DNA from: a virus
Taxonomy: Duplodnaviria > Heunggongvirae > Uroviricota > Caudoviricetes
IMG/VR virus record: IMGVR_UViG_2703719354_000009
Coordinates: 1-45,557 of that record
Reading direction: 5' to 3' (one strand)
Length of the DNA stretch: 45,557 bases
In this document: positions 1-12,284 of the stretch, piece after piece
How positions within the stretch are numbered: the first letter of the stretch is position 1
Layout: the number at the start of each line of letters is the position of its first letter
Made by a program: the position numbers and the translations under genes
Notes under the pieces: generated by a model
Databases searched by the model: none
The model's input: the letters and a program-made list of their open reading frames with translations, nothing else
What the model was told of the DNA's origin: nothing

Positions 1-289
1 TCCGCTATGTCCTTGACGTCATAGCCGACTGGCCGATAAACCGGGTCGGCGAACTGCTCCCCTGGCGCGTAGCACTGCCGACTGAATAACACATCCCCGT
101 CAATACGGTTCTTGCTGCACGCTTACTGCTAACAAGCGGCTGGCACGATTGCTGATTGCCTGGAAGCTGGAGCAGCAGCAACAGGAAAATAGCGCGGTGC
201 TGAAATCGCTGCGGCGAATGTTCCATCACCAGATTGAACGTGGCAACCCGAGACGGACATTTACAGGGATGGCTTTTATCGAAGGATAA
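1..289 (+). pseudogene. prfH: 3' end of a release-factor-homologue gene (prfH-like), partial, reading frame not continuous
   Basis: Frame ending at TAA 287-289 is open back to 86; a different frame at 3-86 reads RYVLDV..., resembling the SYVLD region of class I release factors. Position convergent with pepD and a 56-bp gap match the K-12 prfH-pepD arrangement as I recall it. Stops at 83-89 break any single frame. Confidence 0.35.
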
Positions 290-345
290 TGAAGGATGAA
301 ACTGCCGGAAGGCGATTAAACGCCATCCGGCAGCAAATCAAATAA

Positions 346-1803
346 TTACTTCGCCGGAATTTCTTTCAGCAGTTCAGTCAGCAGCGTCCAGTAATGACCT
401 ACGCTTTCGATGTGAACTTGCTCATCCGGAGAGTGTGGACCGGTGATAGTTGGCCCGATAGAAACCATGTCCATTTCCGGATACGGTTTTTTGAACAGAC
501 CACATTCCAGGCCCGCGTGGATAATCTGGATGTTCGGTGTTTTGTTGAACAGACGCTGATAGGTTTCACGTACCAGATGCATCACCGGAGAATTAGCGTC
601 CGGCTGCCAGCCAGGATATGCGCCTTTCGCTTCGGTTTTCGCGCCAGCTAGTTTACCCAGCGAATCCAGCATGCTCACCACGTAGTCTTTACCGCTGTCG
701 ATCAGTGAACGGATCAGGCAGTGAATTTCTACGTTATTGTCAGTCATGGTCACCACACCGACGTTCAGGGAGGTTTCGACCACACCTTTTGCCACGTCGG
801 AATTGCGGATCACACCGTTCGGGGTGGCGTTCAGCAGACGAATAAAGGTATCGCGAGATTTCGCAATCAGGGCAGCTTTATCGTTCGCTACAGAGTCCAG
901 CAACAAGGCCAGATTTTTCTCTTTCTCTGCCAGCTCGTTTTTCAGGATCTCCTGATAGGTATTCACCAGAGATTTCAGGACGTCGACTTTATCAGCTGCG
1001 ACAGCAATGGTCGCAAAGGCTTCACGCGGGATGGCGTTACGCAGTGTGCCGCCGTTGAAATCGATAAGGCGCAGATCCAGTTCTTCCGCATGACCCGCCA
1101 GGAAGCGCACCAGTAGTTTGTTGGCATTACCCAGGCCAACGTGGATTTCACCGCCGGAGTGACCGCCTTTCAGACCTTTTAAGGTTAACTTGAAGGTTTC
1201 AAAACCAGCTGGAACCGCTTCACGATCTAAATGCAGGTTGGAGGTGAAGTCGATACCCCCCGCACAACCCATGTAGATTTCACCTTCTTCTTCGGAGTCG
1301 GTGTTAATCAGAATATCAGCCTGCAACCAGTTGCTCTGTAAGCCGAACGCACCGTCCATACCGGCTTCTTCGGTCATGGTCAGCAGCACTTCCAGCGGGC
1401 CGTGAACCACGTTTTCGTCAGCCAGAACCGCCAGCGCAGACGCCATACCAATGCCGTTATCTGCACCCAGCGTGGTGCCGCGCGCTTTAACCCATTCGCC
1501 ATCAATATAAGGCTGGATAGGATCTTTCGTGAAGTCATGCACGGTGTCGTTATTTTTCTGCGGCACCATATCGAGGTGGGCCTGTAAGACGACCGGTTTA
1601 CGATTTTCCATACCTGCGGTAGCAGGTTTACGAATCAGGATATTACCTACCTGATCGCGTTCGACATGGAAACCTTTCTCTTTTGCCCAACCAACAATGT
1701 ATTCAGCGAGTTGCTCTTCATGATAGGACGGGTGAGGAATAGAACAGATTTTGGCAAAAATATCCCACAGCGGCTGTGGAGATAATTGAGACAGTTCAGA
1801 CAC
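346..1803 (-). CDS. pepD: Aminoacyl-histidine dipeptidase (cytosol nonspecific dipeptidase, peptidase M20 family)
   Basis: 485-aa ORF; N-terminus MSELSQLSPQPLWDIFAKICSIPHPSYHEEQL... recognised as PepD; flanked by gpt as in E. coli. Confidence 0.95.
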   Translation of the reverse strand: MSELSQLSPQPLWDIFAKICSIPHPSYHEEQLAEYIVGWAKEKGFHVERDQVGNILIRKPATAGMENRKPVVLQAHLDMVPQKNNDTVHDFTKDPIQPYIDGEWVKARGTTLGADNGIGMASALAVLADENVVHGPLEVLLTMTEEAGMDGAFGLQSNWLQADILINTDSEEEGEIYMGCAGGIDFTSNLHLDREAVPAGFETFKLTLKGLKGGHSGGEIHVGLGNANKLLVRFLAGHAEELDLRLIDFNGGTLRNAIPREAFATIAVAADKVDVLKSLVNTYQEILKNELAEKEKNLALLLDSVANDKAALIAKSRDTFIRLLNATPNGVIRNSDVAKGVVETSLNVGVVTMTDNNVEIHCLIRSLIDSGKDYVVSMLDSLGKLAGAKTEAKGAYPGWQPDANSPVMHLVRETYQRLFNKTPNIQIIHAGLECGLFKKPYPEMDMVSIGPTITGPHSPDEQVHIESVGHYWTLLTELLKEIPAK

Positions 1804-2063
1804 GTTAAGTCTCCTTGTCGATCACCCGCAAAACAGTATTGCAGGTCACAGGGTTAGCAGAAAATGTTGTCAACACAAGACAGGCTTGCGAGATATGTTT
1901 GAGAATACCACTTTATCCCGCGTCAGGGAGAGGCAGTGCGTAAAAAGACGCGGACTCATGTGAAATACTGGTTTTTAGTGCGCCAGATCTCTATAATCTC
2001 GCGCAACCTATTTTCCCCTCGAACACTTTTTAAGCCGTAGATAAACAGGCTGGGACACTTCAC

Positions 2064-2522
2064 ATGAGCGAAAAATACATCGTCACCTGGGACATGTTGC
2101 AGATCCATGCACGTAAACTCGCAAGCCGACTGATGCCTTCTGAACAATGGAAAGGCATTATTGCCGTAAGCCGTGGCGGTCTGGTACCGGGTGCGTTACT
2201 GGCGCGTGAACTGGGTATTCGTCATGTCGATACCGTTTGTATTTCCAGCTACGATCACGACAACCAGCGCGAGCTTAAAGTGCTGAAACGCGCAGAAGGC
2301 GATGGCGAAGGCTTCATCGTTATTGATGACCTGGTGGATACCGGTGGTACTGCTGTTGCGATTCGTGAAATGTATCCAAAAGCGCACTTTGTCACCATCT
2401 TCGCAAAACCGGCTGGTCGTCCGCTGGTTGATGACTATGTTGTTGATATCCCGCAAGATACTTGGATCGAACAGCCGTGGGATATGGGCGTCGTATTCGT
2501 CCCGCCAATCTCCGGTCGCTAA
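2064..2522 (+). CDS. gpt: Xanthine-guanine phosphoribosyltransferase
   Basis: 152-aa [26 protein letters not shown]... with PRPP-binding motif [11 protein letters not shown]; matches Gpt. Confidence 0.95.
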
Positions 2523-2613
2523 TCTTTTCAACGCCTGGCACTGCCGGGCGTTGTTCTTTTTAACTTCAGGCAGGTTACAATAGTTTCCAGTAAGTATTCT
2601 GGAGGCTGCATCC

Positions 2614-3858
2614 ATGACACAGGCAAACCTGAGCGAAACCCTGTTCAAACCCCGCTTTAAACATCCTGAAACCTCGACGCTAGTCCGCCGCTTTAATCAC
2701 GGCGCACAACCGCCTGTGCAGTCGGCTCTTGATGGTAAAACCATCCCTCACTGGTATCGCATGATTAACCGTCTGATGTGGATCTGGCGCGGTATTGACC
2801 CACGTGAAATCCTCGACGTCCAGGCACGTATTGTGATGAGCGATGCTGAACGTACCGACGATGATTTATACGATACTGTGATTGGCTACCGTGGTGGCAA
2901 CTGGATTTATGAGTGGGCCACCCAGGCGATGGTGTGGCAACAAAAAGCCTGTGCGGAAGAAGATCCGCAACTCAGTGGTCGACACTGGCTGCATGCGGCT
3001 ACGTTGTACAACATTGCCGCCTATCCTCATCTGAAAGGAGATGACCTGGCCGAGCAAGCGCAGGCTTTATCAAACCGCGCCTATGAAGAGGCCGCCCAGC
3101 GTCTGCCGGGCACGATGCGGCAGATGGAGTTTACCGTACCCGGCGGTGCGCCCATCACCGGCTTTTTGCATATGCCGAAAGGCGATGGCCCGTTCCCGAC
3201 AGTATTAATGTGTGGTGGTCTGGATGCGATGCAGACGGACTATTACAGCCTGTATGAACGTTATTTTGCGCCGCGCGGCATTGCGATGCTGACTATTGAT
3301 ATGCCATCGGTGGGCTTTTCTTCAAAATGGAAGCTCACCCAGGACTCCAGCCTGTTGCATCAGCACGTCTTAAAGGCGCTGCCTAACGTACCGTGGGTGG
3401 ATCACACTCGCGTCGCGGCCTTTGGTTTCCGTTTCGGCGCTAACGTTGCCGTGCGTCTGGCATATCTTGAATCGCCGCGTCTGAAAGCGGTTGCCTGTCT
3501 TGGTCCGGTAGTTCATACCCTGTTGAGTGATTTTAAGTGCCAGCAACAGGTGCCGGAAATGTATCTTGACGTTCTGGCGAGTCGTTTGGGGATGCATGAT
3601 GCTTCCGATGACGCGTTACGCGTGGAGCTGAATCGCTATTCATTAAAAGTGCAAGGATTGCTGGGGCGTCGCTGCCCAACGCCAATGTTATCAGGCTACT
3701 GGAAGAACGATCCGTTCAGCCCGGAAGAGGACTCACGCTTAATCACCTCATCATCTGCTGACGGTAAATTATTAGAGATCCCATTTAACCCGGTGTATCG
3801 GAATTTTGACAAAGGTCTTCAGGAAATCACCGGCTGGATCGAAAAACGCTTGTGTTAA
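2614..3858 (+). CDS. frsA: Esterase FrsA (alpha/beta hydrolase)
   Basis: 414-aa [24 protein letters not shown]...; conserved synteny gpt-frsA-crl. Confidence 0.9.
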   Translation: MTQANLSETLFKPRFKHPETSTLVRRFNHGAQPPVQSALDGKTIPHWYRMINRLMWIWRGIDPREILDVQARIVMSDAERTDDDLYDTVIGYRGGNWIYEWATQAMVWQQKACAEEDPQLSGRHWLHAATLYNIAAYPHLKGDDLAEQAQALSNRAYEEAAQRLPGTMRQMEFTVPGGAPITGFLHMPKGDGPFPTVLMCGGLDAMQTDYYSLYERYFAPRGIAMLTIDMPSVGFSSKWKLTQDSSLLHQHVLKALPNVPWVDHTRVAAFGFRFGANVAVRLAYLESPRLKAVACLGPVVHTLLSDFKCQQQVPEMYLDVLASRLGMHDASDDALRVELNRYSLKVQGLLGRRCPTPMLSGYWKNDPFSPEEDSRLITSSSADGKLLEIPFNPVYRNFDKGLQEITGWIEKRLC

Positions 3859-4317
<459 letters not shown>

Positions 4318-4355
4318 GTGAAATGTGCCGGATGCATCACATCCGGCAATAATCA

Positions 4356-5411
4356 TTAAAACTGATAGGTCATGCCAACCGCGACAATATCATCATTATT
4401 AATATTCAATTTGTTATCGCTATCCAGTTGGTTGATTTTATAATCAACAAACGCTGACATATTTTTGTTGAAATAATATGTAGCCCCGACATCGATATAA
4501 TTGACCAGATCTTCATCACCGATACCTTCAATATCTTTCCCTTTCGATAAGACATAACCCAGCGATGGACGCAGACCAAAGTCAAACTGGTATTGAGCGA
4601 CCGCTTCAAAGTTCTGTGTCTTATTGGTAAAGCCGCCAGTTATTGGCGTCATTTTGCGTGTTTCAGAATAAAAAGTTGCCAGATAAATATTATTGGCATC
4701 GTATTTCAGACCTGTAGCCCATGCTTCTGCACGCTTGCCTGTGCCACGGCTTTGCAGGTTCTGCTCGTTGGTGCGATCTGAGTTGGTATAGGCCCCACTA
4801 ATGGCGAAATCGCTGCCGCCAAAGTCATATGTCAATGACGTGCCGAAGCCATCGCCGTTTTGCTTTTTAACGTCGCGGTTTTCGTTTTTCCCTTGATATT
4901 GCAGGGTTAAGTTCAGGCCATCGATAACGCCGAAGAAGTCGGTGTTCCGATACGTCGCCAGACCGCTGGCGCGTTTGGTCATAAAGTTGTCGGTCTGCGC
5001 CGAGGAATCGCCACCAAATTCCGGGAACATATCGGTCCAGGCTTCCACGTCATACAACGCGCCCAGGTTACGACCATAATCGAAAGAACCCAAATCTTTA
5101 TATTTCAACCCGGCAAAAGCGAGACGCGTTTTTTGCTGTGCGGTATCACTCTCCGCTTTATTTCCGGCAAACTCCGCTTCCCACCGACCATAACCAGTCA
5201 GTTGATCGTTAATTTGTGTTTCACCTTTAAAACCAAAACGGATATAACTCTGGTCGCCATCTTTACTGGCGTTATCACTCATATAATGCATGGCTTTAAC
5301 TTTGCCATAGACATCCAGTTTATTACCGTCTTTATTATATATTTCTGCAGCCTGTACAGATGCAGATGCCACAATGCCCATCACCACTAATGCCAGAGTG
5401 CTCTTTTTCAT
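4356..5411 (-). CDS. phoE: Outer membrane phosphoporin PhoE
   Basis: ORF with signal peptide [21 protein letters not shown] and C-terminal porin ending ...VAVGMTYQF. Start chosen at the second Met (MKKSTL) rather than the track's MKMKKS. Confidence 0.9.
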   Translation of the reverse strand: MKKSTLALVVMGIVASASVQAAEIYNKDGNKLDVYGKVKAMHYMSDNASKDGDQSYIRFGFKGETQINDQLTGYGRWEAEFAGNKAESDTAQQKTRLAFAGLKYKDLGSFDYGRNLGALYDVEAWTDMFPEFGGDSSAQTDNFMTKRASGLATYRNTDFFGVIDGLNLTLQYQGKNENRDVKKQNGDGFGTSLTYDFGGSDFAISGAYTNSDRTNEQNLQSRGTGKRAEAWATGLKYDANNIYLATFYSETRKMTPITGGFTNKTQNFEAVAQYQFDFGLRPSLGYVLSKGKDIEGIGDEDLVNYIDVGATYYFNKNMSAFVDYKINQLDSDNKLNINNDDIVAVGMTYQF

Positions 5412-5698
5412 TTTCATTCCTGATTTTAATTAACGCGCGAATATTCAGCGGGAGAGCCCCGTTGAAAACAGGAAAGTTTTTAACCTGAGATTGTTAAAGA
5501 TATATTACAGATTAATAATATTCTTAAAATGTGGTAATTTATTAAATCTGTAATAAAAGCGTAAACAACTGCCGCTAGGCTTGCTGATCCCGCGCAACAA
5601 AACGCCATGCTTTGCTCGCAGATGGTTGGCAACCGACGACAGTCCTGCTAAAACGTTCGTTTGATATCATTTTTCCTAAAATTGAATGGCAGAGAATC

Positions 5699-6802
5699 AT
5701 GAGTGACAGCCAGACGCTGGTGGTAAAACTCGGCACCAGTGTGCTAACAGGCGGATCGCGCCGTCTGAACCGTGCCCATATCGTTGAACTTGTTCGCCAG
5801 TGCGCGCAGTTACATGCCGCCGGGCATCGGATTGTTATTGTGACGTCGGGCGCGATCGCCGCCGGACGTGAGCACCTGGGTTACCCGGAACTGCCAGCGA
5901 CTATCGCCTCGAAACAACTGCTGGCAGCGGTAGGGCAGAGTCGACTGATTCAACTGTGGGAACAGCTGTTTTCGATTTATGGCATTCACGTCGGGCAAAT
6001 GCTGCTGACCCGTGCTGATATGGAAGACCGTGAACGCTTCCTGAACGCCCGCGACACCCTGCGTGCGTTGCTCGATAACAATATCGTTCCGGTAATCAAT
6101 GAGAACGATGCTGTCGCTACGGCAGAGATTAAAGTCGGCGATAACGATAACCTTTCTGCGCTGGCGGCGATTCTGGCGGGTGCCGATAAACTGTTGCTGC
6201 TGACCGATCAAAAAGGTTTGTATACCGCTGACCCGCGCAGCAATCCGCAGGCAGAACTGATTAAAGATGTTTACGGCATTGATGACGCACTGCGCGCGAT
6301 TGCCGGTGACAGCGTTTCAGGCCTCGGAACTGGCGGCATGAGTACCAAATTGCAGGCTGCTGACGTGGCTTGCCGTGCGGGTATCGACACCATTATTGCC
6401 GCGGGCAGCAAGCCGGGCGTTATTGGTGATGTGATGGAAGGCATTTCCGTCGGTACGCTGTTCCATGCCCAGGCGACTCCGCTTGAAAACCGTAAACGCT
6501 GGATTTTCGGTGCGCCGCCGGCGGGTGAAATCACGGTAGATGAAGGGGCAACTGCCGCCATTCTTGAACGCGGCAGCTCCCTGTTGCCGAAAGGCATTAA
6601 AAGCGTGACTGGCAATTTCTCGCGTGGTGAAGTCATCCGCATTTGCAACCTCGAAGGTCGCGATATCGCCCACGGCGTCAGTCGTTACAACAGCGATGCA
6701 TTACGCCGTATTGCCGGGCACCACTCGCAAGAAATTGATGCAATACTGGGATATGAATACGGCCCGGTTGCCGTTCACCGTGATGACATGATTACCCGTT
6801 AA
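5699..6802 (+). CDS. proB: Glutamate 5-kinase
   Basis: Start at internal Met [19 protein letters not shown] (aa 30 of the track ORF); amino-acid kinase plus PUA domain; immediately followed by proA. Confidence 0.95.
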
Positions 6803-6813
6803 GGAGCAGGCTG

Positions 6814-8067
6814 ATGCTGGAACAAATGGGCATTGCCGCGAAGCAAGCCTCGTATAAATTAGCGCAACTCTCCAGCCGCGAAAAAAATCGCGTGCTGGAA
6901 AAAATCGCCGATGAACTGGAAGCACAAAGCGAAATCATCCTCAACGCTAACGCCCAGGATGTTGCTGACGCGCGTGCCAATGGCCTTGGCGAAGCGATGC
7001 TTGACCGTCTGGCACTGACGCCCGCACGGCTGAAAGGCATTGCCGATGATGTGCGCCAGGTGTGTAACCTCGCCGATCCGGTGGGGCAGGTAATCGATGG
7101 CAGCGTACTGGACAGCGGCCTGCGTCTTGAGCGTCGTCGCGTACCGCTGGGGGTTATTGGCGTGATTTATGAAGCGCGCCCGAACGTGACGGTTGATGTC
7201 GCTTCGCTGTGCCTGAAAACCGGTAATGCGGTGATCCTGCGCGGTGGCAAAGAAACGTGTCGCACTAACGCTGCAACGGTGGCGGTGATTCAGGACGCCC
7301 TGAAATCCTGCGGCTTACCGGCGGGTGCCGTGCAGGCGATTGATAATCCTGACCGTGCGCTGGTCAGTGAAATGCTGCGTATGGATAAATACATCGACAT
7401 GCTGATCCCGCGTGGTGGCGCTGGTTTGCATAAACTGTGCCGTGAACAGTCGACAATCCCGGTGATCACAGGTGGTATAGGCGTATGCCATATTTACGTT
7501 GATGAAAGTGTAGAGATCGCTGAAGCATTAAAAGTGATCGTCAACGCGAAAACTCAGCGTCCGAGCACATGTAATACGGTTGAAACGTTGCTGGTGAATA
7601 AAAACATCGCCGATAGCTTCCTGCCCGCATTAAGCAAACAAATGGCGGAAAGCGGCGTGACATTACACGCAGATGCAGCTGCACTGGCGCAGTTGCAGGC
7701 AGGCCCTGCGAAGGTGGTTGCTGTTAAAGCCGAAGAGTATGACGATGAGTTTCTGTCATTAGATTTGAACGTCAAAATCGTCAGCGATCTTGACGATGCC
7801 ATCGCCCATATTCGTGAACACGGCACACAACACTCCGATGCGATCCTGACCCGCGATATGCGCAACGCCCAGCGTTTTGTTAACGAAGTGGATTCGTCCG
7901 CTGTTTACGTTAACGCCTCTACGCGTTTTACCGACGGCGGCCAGTTTGGTCTGGGTGCGGAAGTGGCGGTAAGCACACAAAAACTCCACGCGCGTGGCCC
8001 AATGGGGCTGGAAGCACTGACCACTTACAAGTGGATCGGCATTGGTGATTACACCATTCGTGCGTAA
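6814..8067 (+). CDS. proA: Gamma-glutamyl phosphate reductase
   Basis: 417-aa [40 protein letters not shown]...; proBA operon arrangement. Confidence 0.95.
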   Translation: MLEQMGIAAKQASYKLAQLSSREKNRVLEKIADELEAQSEIILNANAQDVADARANGLGEAMLDRLALTPARLKGIADDVRQVCNLADPVGQVIDGSVLDSGLRLERRRVPLGVIGVIYEARPNVTVDVASLCLKTGNAVILRGGKETCRTNAATVAVIQDALKSCGLPAGAVQAIDNPDRALVSEMLRMDKYIDMLIPRGGAGLHKLCREQSTIPVITGGIGVCHIYVDESVEIAEALKVIVNAKTQRPSTCNTVETLLVNKNIADSFLPALSKQMAESGVTLHADAAALAQLQAGPAKVVAVKAEEYDDEFLSLDLNVKIVSDLDDAIAHIREHGTQHSDAILTRDMRNAQRFVNEVDSSAVYVNASTRFTDGGQFGLGAEVAVSTQKLHARGPMGLEALTTYKWIGIGDYTIRA

Positions 8068-8181
8068 ATAAAACCGGGTGATGCAAAAGTAGCCATTTGA
8101 TTCACAAGGCCATTGACGCATCGCCCGGTTAGTTTTAACCTTGTCCACCGTGATTCACGTTCGTGAACATGTCCTTTCAGG

Positions 8182-8257
8182 GCCGATATAGCTCAGTTGG
8201 TAGAGCAGCGCATTCGTAATGCGAAGGTCGTAGGTTCGACTCCTATTATCGGCACCA
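8182..8257 (+). tRNA. thrW: tRNA-Thr, anticodon CGU
   Basis: 76-nt sequence GCCGATATAGCTCAGTTGGTAGAGCAGCGCATTCGTAATGCG...GGCACCA with cloverleaf arms, anticodon loop CATTCGTAATG and 3' CCA; lies just downstream of proA. Confidence 0.9.
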
Positions 8258-8259
8258 TT
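8212..8259. repeat. attL core: 48-bp direct repeat covering the 3' part of tRNA-Thr
   Basis: Exact 48-bp identity (ATTCGTAATGCGAAGGTCGTAGGTTCGACTCCTATTATCGGCACCATT) with 45279-45326. Confidence 0.85.
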
Positions 8260-8271
8260 TAAATCAATAAG

Positions 8272-9435
8272 TTACACATCATTAGTACCTTCCTTATTTT
8301 TTGACTGGGACAAATTTGGGACCGATGGGTTCAGGATCGAGTCTATTTGCCGTGCGTGTTCGGTAAGGTGATTAGGTGCAAGGTGAGCATATCGACGAAC
8401 CATTTCGATAGACTCCCAGCCTCCCATTTCCTGTAACACTGACAACGGGACTCCGGCTTGAACCAGCCAACTTGCCCAGGTGTGTCTCAAGTCGTGAAAT
8501 CTGAAATCATCAATATCAGCCCGTCTCAGCGCCGCTTTCCAGGCTGTGTTTGCGTCATACCGCATCTTCCTTACTGTTGGCGCTTTCGTTCCGTCTGGTT
8601 TGGTACAGCTTTCCTTGTACACAAATACCCAACGGTGATGATTCCCGATTTGTTTTTTCAATACGCGACATGCAGTATCATTCAGCGCAACGCCAATTGC
8701 GCGGTTTGATTTACTCTCTTCCGGGTTTATCCATGCCACCCGGCGCTGCATATCTATTTGTTGCCATTCAAGGTTGATGATGTTCGAGCGCCTTAAACCT
8801 GTTGCCAGTGCAAATTCAACAACAGACTTTAATGGCTCCGGACATTCATCAATCAGCCTTTGTGCTTCATGGGGCTCCAGCCAGCGGATCCGTTTATTCT
8901 TTGGTTGAGGCACTTTAATAATTGGTGCCTTATCCAGCATTTTCCATTCACGCTCTGCGGCTCTTAGTAGGGCCTTTATAAATGAAAGATGCGTAGCCTT
9001 CGTTGCAACGGACGCTGGTTTTGGCGTGTATTCTGGAACAGGTTTCCCTTTTTTTCTGCATGCTTCTGCCCTGAGTCTCCAGTTTTCCTCATGACGCCGG
9101 TTCGTCATTTTCTGCATTGCTGAATAAATTTTTGATTCAGTAATGTCTCTTAGTTGCATTCCTGCGAAATGTTGAAGCCAGAATCCGATCCGGCTTTTGT
9201 CATCGTCCAGTGATTTTTTATGTGCTTTCTCTTCAAGCCACCTGACACACGCTTCCTCGAACGTTATATCAGGTATTTCACCAAGTTTGCTGACCCGCCA
9301 TGCTTCAGCCTTTAGCTTGTCATGGAGTTCTGTCGCCTGCCTTTTGTCCTTTGTTCCAAGAGACTGTTTAAATCTTTTACCGTTCGGCAATGTGAAACTG
9401 GCGTACCATATTTCACCTCTGCGGAAGAGTGACAT
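8272..9435 (-). CDS. int: Phage tyrosine integrase
   Basis: 387-aa ORF with N-terminus [34 protein letters not shown] and C-terminal catalytic region ...[39 protein letters not shown]; adjacent to attL. Confidence 0.9.
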   Translation of the reverse strand: MSLFRRGEIWYASFTLPNGKRFKQSLGTKDKRQATELHDKLKAEAWRVSKLGEIPDITFEEACVRWLEEKAHKKSLDDDKSRIGFWLQHFAGMQLRDITESKIYSAMQKMTNRRHEENWRLRAEACRKKGKPVPEYTPKPASVATKATHLSFIKALLRAAEREWKMLDKAPIIKVPQPKNKRIRWLEPHEAQRLIDECPEPLKSVVEFALATGLRRSNIINLEWQQIDMQRRVAWINPEESKSNRAIGVALNDTACRVLKKQIGNHHRWVFVYKESCTKPDGTKAPTVRKMRYDANTAWKAALRRADIDDFRFHDLRHTWASWLVQAGVPLSVLQEMGGWESIEMVRRYAHLAPNHLTEHARQIDSILNPSVPNLSQSKNKEGTNDV

Positions 9436-9665
9436 TTTCTTTCCTCTGTTATGCCATCACCCGCGCTCACCTGGACAGTATGCAGCGGAGACTGAAGAGC
9501 CGCAATGCAGGCTTGTCGTGTTGTGAGGTAAGGAGATTTATTCTTAGTGGGATCTTTGCGTGTTGCCTGAAGACGCCCTGTGCGTATCCAGTTAATGGCA
9601 GTCGGTCTGGATATCTTGAGAAAATGACAGGCCTCATCGAGTGTGAGGCTGTATGGCTCCATTAT
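9312..9665 (-). CDS. xis: Excisionase, AlpA/Xis-like helix-turn-helix protein
   Basis: Start taken at internal Met [35 protein letters not shown] (HTH typical of AlpA-type excisionases). The ORF as read overlaps the int start by 124 bp in another frame, so the 3' boundary is uncertain. Confidence 0.55.
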   Translation of the reverse strand: MMEPYSLTLDEACHFLKISRPTAINWIRTGRLQATRKDPTKNKSPYLTTRQACIAALQSPLHTVQVSAGDGITEERKCHSSAEVKYGTPVSHCRTVKDLNSLLEQRTKGRRQNSMTS

Positions 9666-9967
9666 TTCACCTCTTGCTGTGACATTGTTGAAAAATGGAT
9701 ACCAGCTCGTTGCTGCCAGACGATCCAACCGAGAGTCATATCCCATGCCATGTATTCGTTATCGCCGTTTTTTGCTCTCCGACGATCTACTAAGTCACCG
9801 AAACGCTTTTCCATGAATAATTCATAAGCTTCGCGTTCATCTGGTTCTACTTCCAGAGATAGGAGTGCGATTTCATAAGCACGGCGCTCAATATCGTCTC
9901 GCACGTCAAGGCTGTTGATACGCTCTTTAATTTCTTTAATCAGTTCTTTGTCGGTAAAAGTGGTCAT
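9662..9967 (-). CDS. Hypothetical phage early protein (YfdT-position homologue)
   Basis: 101-aa ORF, start codon overlaps the upstream stop; part of a co-directional early gene block. Confidence 0.5.
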   Translation of the reverse strand: MTTFTDKELIKEIKERINSLDVRDDIERRAYEIALLSLEVEPDEREAYELFMEKRFGDLVDRRRAKNGDNEYMAWDMTLGWIVWQQRAGIHFSTMSQQEVK

Positions 9968-10329
9968 TATGCTCCAGCCTCCGGTGCTTTTGGCATTACT
10001 GCCCAGTGAGTGATATTGACGTTTTCAAGGTCCCCGACCTGAAATGTCCACTGCCATTCTCCGGTTTCTTTTTGTCCCCAGGTGTACCAGAGAGAACGCC
10101 AGCCAATTAGCCAGCCTTCTCCGTTAGCATCGAATAACAAAACACTTTCATTTGCTGGTGGCAGTTCAGTTGACACTGGTATTACTTTGTTTTCCTGTGC
10201 TGCACATTTAGCTTCAAGCGCATCGAATTTACGCACCAGGTATTCAGCATCTGTTTCATTTACTTTCAGATCTCGCGGTACACATCTCCCACGAAGAAAC
10301 CCTTCCATTTCGAAAACATTCATGCGCAT
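9967..10329 (-). CDS. Hypothetical phage early protein (YfdS-position, DUF551-like)
   Basis: 120-aa Trp-rich ORF tightly packed in the operon. Confidence 0.5.
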   Translation of the reverse strand: MRMNVFEMEGFLRGRCVPRDLKVNETDAEYLVRKFDALEAKCAAQENKVIPVSTELPPANESVLLFDANGEGWLIGWRSLWYTWGQKETGEWQWTFQVGDLENVNITHWAVMPKAPEAGA

Positions 10330-10856
10330 TTGCGTAACTCCGATAACTCGTTAAAGCGTTCCATAAACATCCCGTAGGCATGGCCCGGTGCCAGTGGAAT
10401 CACGTTGAACATCTCTGTTGCCGGGATACCTTCCAGTACAGGCCAGAAAGAGCCATCATCAAGCCCGAGATCGCGGCGTTCGGTTGCCAGCATGATGAGA
10501 TCGGCATATTTCACGGGCGTACTCATAACTGGGGGTAACCCGTATTTCTCACGGATTACGGCGTCTATTTTTTCTTCCATTTGTTTATAGTCAGGAAGAA
10601 GGCGTTTCAGTGGTGCGGGAATGTCCTGGCAATACGCTTCTGTTGCATCATGCATTAACGCTTCAAAAGCAAATTCCTGCGGCACCAGCTGGCTGCAAAG
10701 AACCGCATGTTGGGCGACGCTGTAGAAGTGCGAAAGATGACCGGCAAAGCGACAGATATTTGAAAGGGAAACCGCGATATCGTTAATATCGATGTCGTCT
10801 TTATTTATCCTGTCATAATAAAAATGCTTCCCGGAAAAAGTTTTAATAAATGACAT
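10320..10856 (-). CDS. HD-domain phosphohydrolase (YfdR-like, putative 5'-deoxynucleotidase)
   Basis: His/Asp motifs (...AQHAVLCS... ALMHDATEAY...); start chosen at MSFIKTF, preceded by GGAG about 8 nt upstream. Confidence 0.6.
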   Translation of the reverse strand: MSFIKTFSGKHFYYDRINKDDIDINDIAVSLSNICRFAGHLSHFYSVAQHAVLCSQLVPQEFAFEALMHDATEAYCQDIPAPLKRLLPDYKQMEEKIDAVIREKYGLPPVMSTPVKYADLIMLATERRDLGLDDGSFWPVLEGIPATEMFNVIPLAPGHAYGMFMERFNELSELRKCA

Positions 10857-10983
10857 TTTGTTCTCCACGTATATGCGCTGCACCGCGCTGAATTCTGGTA
10901 AAAAGAATCCCTCACCATCCGGCGATTATTGAGTAAATTACGTTTCCATAAATGCCCCCGCAGGGGCATTTGCAGTAATGAAA

Positions 10984-11808
10984 TCAGGCGGTGAAAGTAC
11001 CAATAAAGGTTTCTACTTTGCTGTCCTTGAATTTCTCAACAAGCAGATCACGAAATTCGTTAGCCATTTCTTCCTGCACCGCCTCCAGCTGAATAATGCG
11101 CAGAACCAGTACAGGACGATCGCCAGTGATAATACTGAGGCGTAATTTAAACGGACGTTCTTTCAGACCTTCAAACGGAACGCATTTAAATTCAAATGCC
11201 ACTGGCATAATGTCTTTGGTCTTCGCTTCGACAGACTCCATCAGGGAGCGTTTGCCGCTGAAGTCATTATCTTCAAAATCAGCGGTCTGGTTTGCTTCAA
11301 TCGTGATTTTACGGACAGCCGCAGCCGCTTTTGTTGCCTGAATAGCGTCACCATTAGCATCAAAGCCCACAAGATAGTCTGCCCAGTCTTCAATCCATTC
11401 TGCTAGTGACTTCTGGGAGTTACGCTCGCCGTTAATAGACAACAGAGCAGAGAACGGTGCTGTCTTTTTCAGTTTGAGTGTGGCGGTGTTATCTGCGTGA
11501 CCTGGTTCATCAATAGTACCCAGGTTAAGCACACTGACGGCTCGCATATTATCGGCATCGATAAAGCAGCGGGTGCCTTCATCTGCAAGATCTTTAGAAT
11601 AACGGGTAAAGTCATCGATGCTGGCAGTGGAAAGCGCACCACGGAAACGGAAGCGATTTAAATTAAATTTTTCCAGATCATGAATGCGGAAATTCTCAGG
11701 CAATGCCACAGCATCGGCACCAATCTTACTGATAATTTCATTAACACCCTGAGCAGAAATAAGGGCATGGATTTGATTAATTGCGGTTGCGTCTAAGTTC
11801 TGAGACAT
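10984..11808 (-). CDS. DUF2303-family phage protein (YfdQ-like)
   Basis: 274-aa [25 protein letters not shown]...; length and sequence recalled as YfdQ-like from the K-12 CPS-53 prophage. Confidence 0.55.
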   Translation of the reverse strand: MSQNLDATAINQIHALISAQGVNEIISKIGADAVALPENFRIHDLEKFNLNRFRFRGALSTASIDDFTRYSKDLADEGTRCFIDADNMRAVSVLNLGTIDEPGHADNTATLKLKKTAPFSALLSINGERNSQKSLAEWIEDWADYLVGFDANGDAIQATKAAAAVRKITIEANQTADFEDNDFSGKRSLMESVEAKTKDIMPVAFEFKCVPFEGLKERPFKLRLSIITGDRPVLVLRIIQLEAVQEEMANEFRDLLVEKFKDSKVETFIGTFTA

Positions 11809-11873
11809 AATAAGTCCTCACTATATAAAGATATTCAGTGATGAGATAAATAATCGGTTAATTAAGAACGATA

Positions 11874-12236
11874 TTAATGACCTGCTGCGCGGAGTTTTCC
11901 GTCAGGTTCACCGGCAAGAGTCAGTAATTGTCCCTGGTCTTCCTGCAGAATAGTCAGGCGACCACCGCGATTGACATACATCGGCGTTTCGGTGGTGTCT
12001 TCTTCGGAAATTTTCCCGCGGTTAGTCGGGCGAACATATGAGAGTTTGTGTTTGATTTTCACACGGTTCTCATCAAATGGTTCGATTTCCAGGTTGAGTG
12101 AGACCTTACCTTTGGTTTTCGTGTTCATCACACCGGAAGCGACTTCACTGAGAACTGCGCCGATTTTGGTTTCAAATACGCCGCCGTCCAGCTCCCCAAT
12201 AAATGCCTGCACATCAGTACTGCGTTCGCTAGCCAT
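11874..12236 (-). CDS. Hypothetical phage protein (YfdP-position)
   Basis: Start chosen at internal Met MASERSTDVQAF (121 aa); the 5' extension of the track ORF runs into a GC-rich structured region and looks non-coding. Confidence 0.5.
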   Translation of the reverse strand: MASERSTDVQAFIGELDGGVFETKIGAVLSEVASGVMNTKTKGKVSLNLEIEPFDENRVKIKHKLSYVRPTNRGKISEEDTTETPMYVNRGGRLTILQEDQGQLLTLAGEPDGKLRAAGH

Positions 12237-12284
12237 TTTTCTGCTCCTAATCATATCGACCCTGCAAGGTCGGTTGGTTTCTCC

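Noticed and set aside
5-229. 74-aa minus-strand ORF at the window start
   Set aside because: Overlaps the release-factor-like frames on the opposite strand; Leu/Gln-rich low-complexity translation; no support.
394-1587. Several 60-130 aa ORFs on the plus strand inside pepD (394-651, 618-845, 721-1116, 737-955, 1402-1587)
   Set aside because: They lie antisense to or out of frame within a well-recognised, full-length pepD gene, with no ribosome-binding sites and improbable composition; typical shadow ORFs.
5810-8148. Antisense and alternate-frame ORFs within proB and proA (for example 5810-6211, 6271-6648, 7554-7865, 7759-8148)
   Set aside because: Embedded in conserved housekeeping genes on the opposite strand; no independent support.
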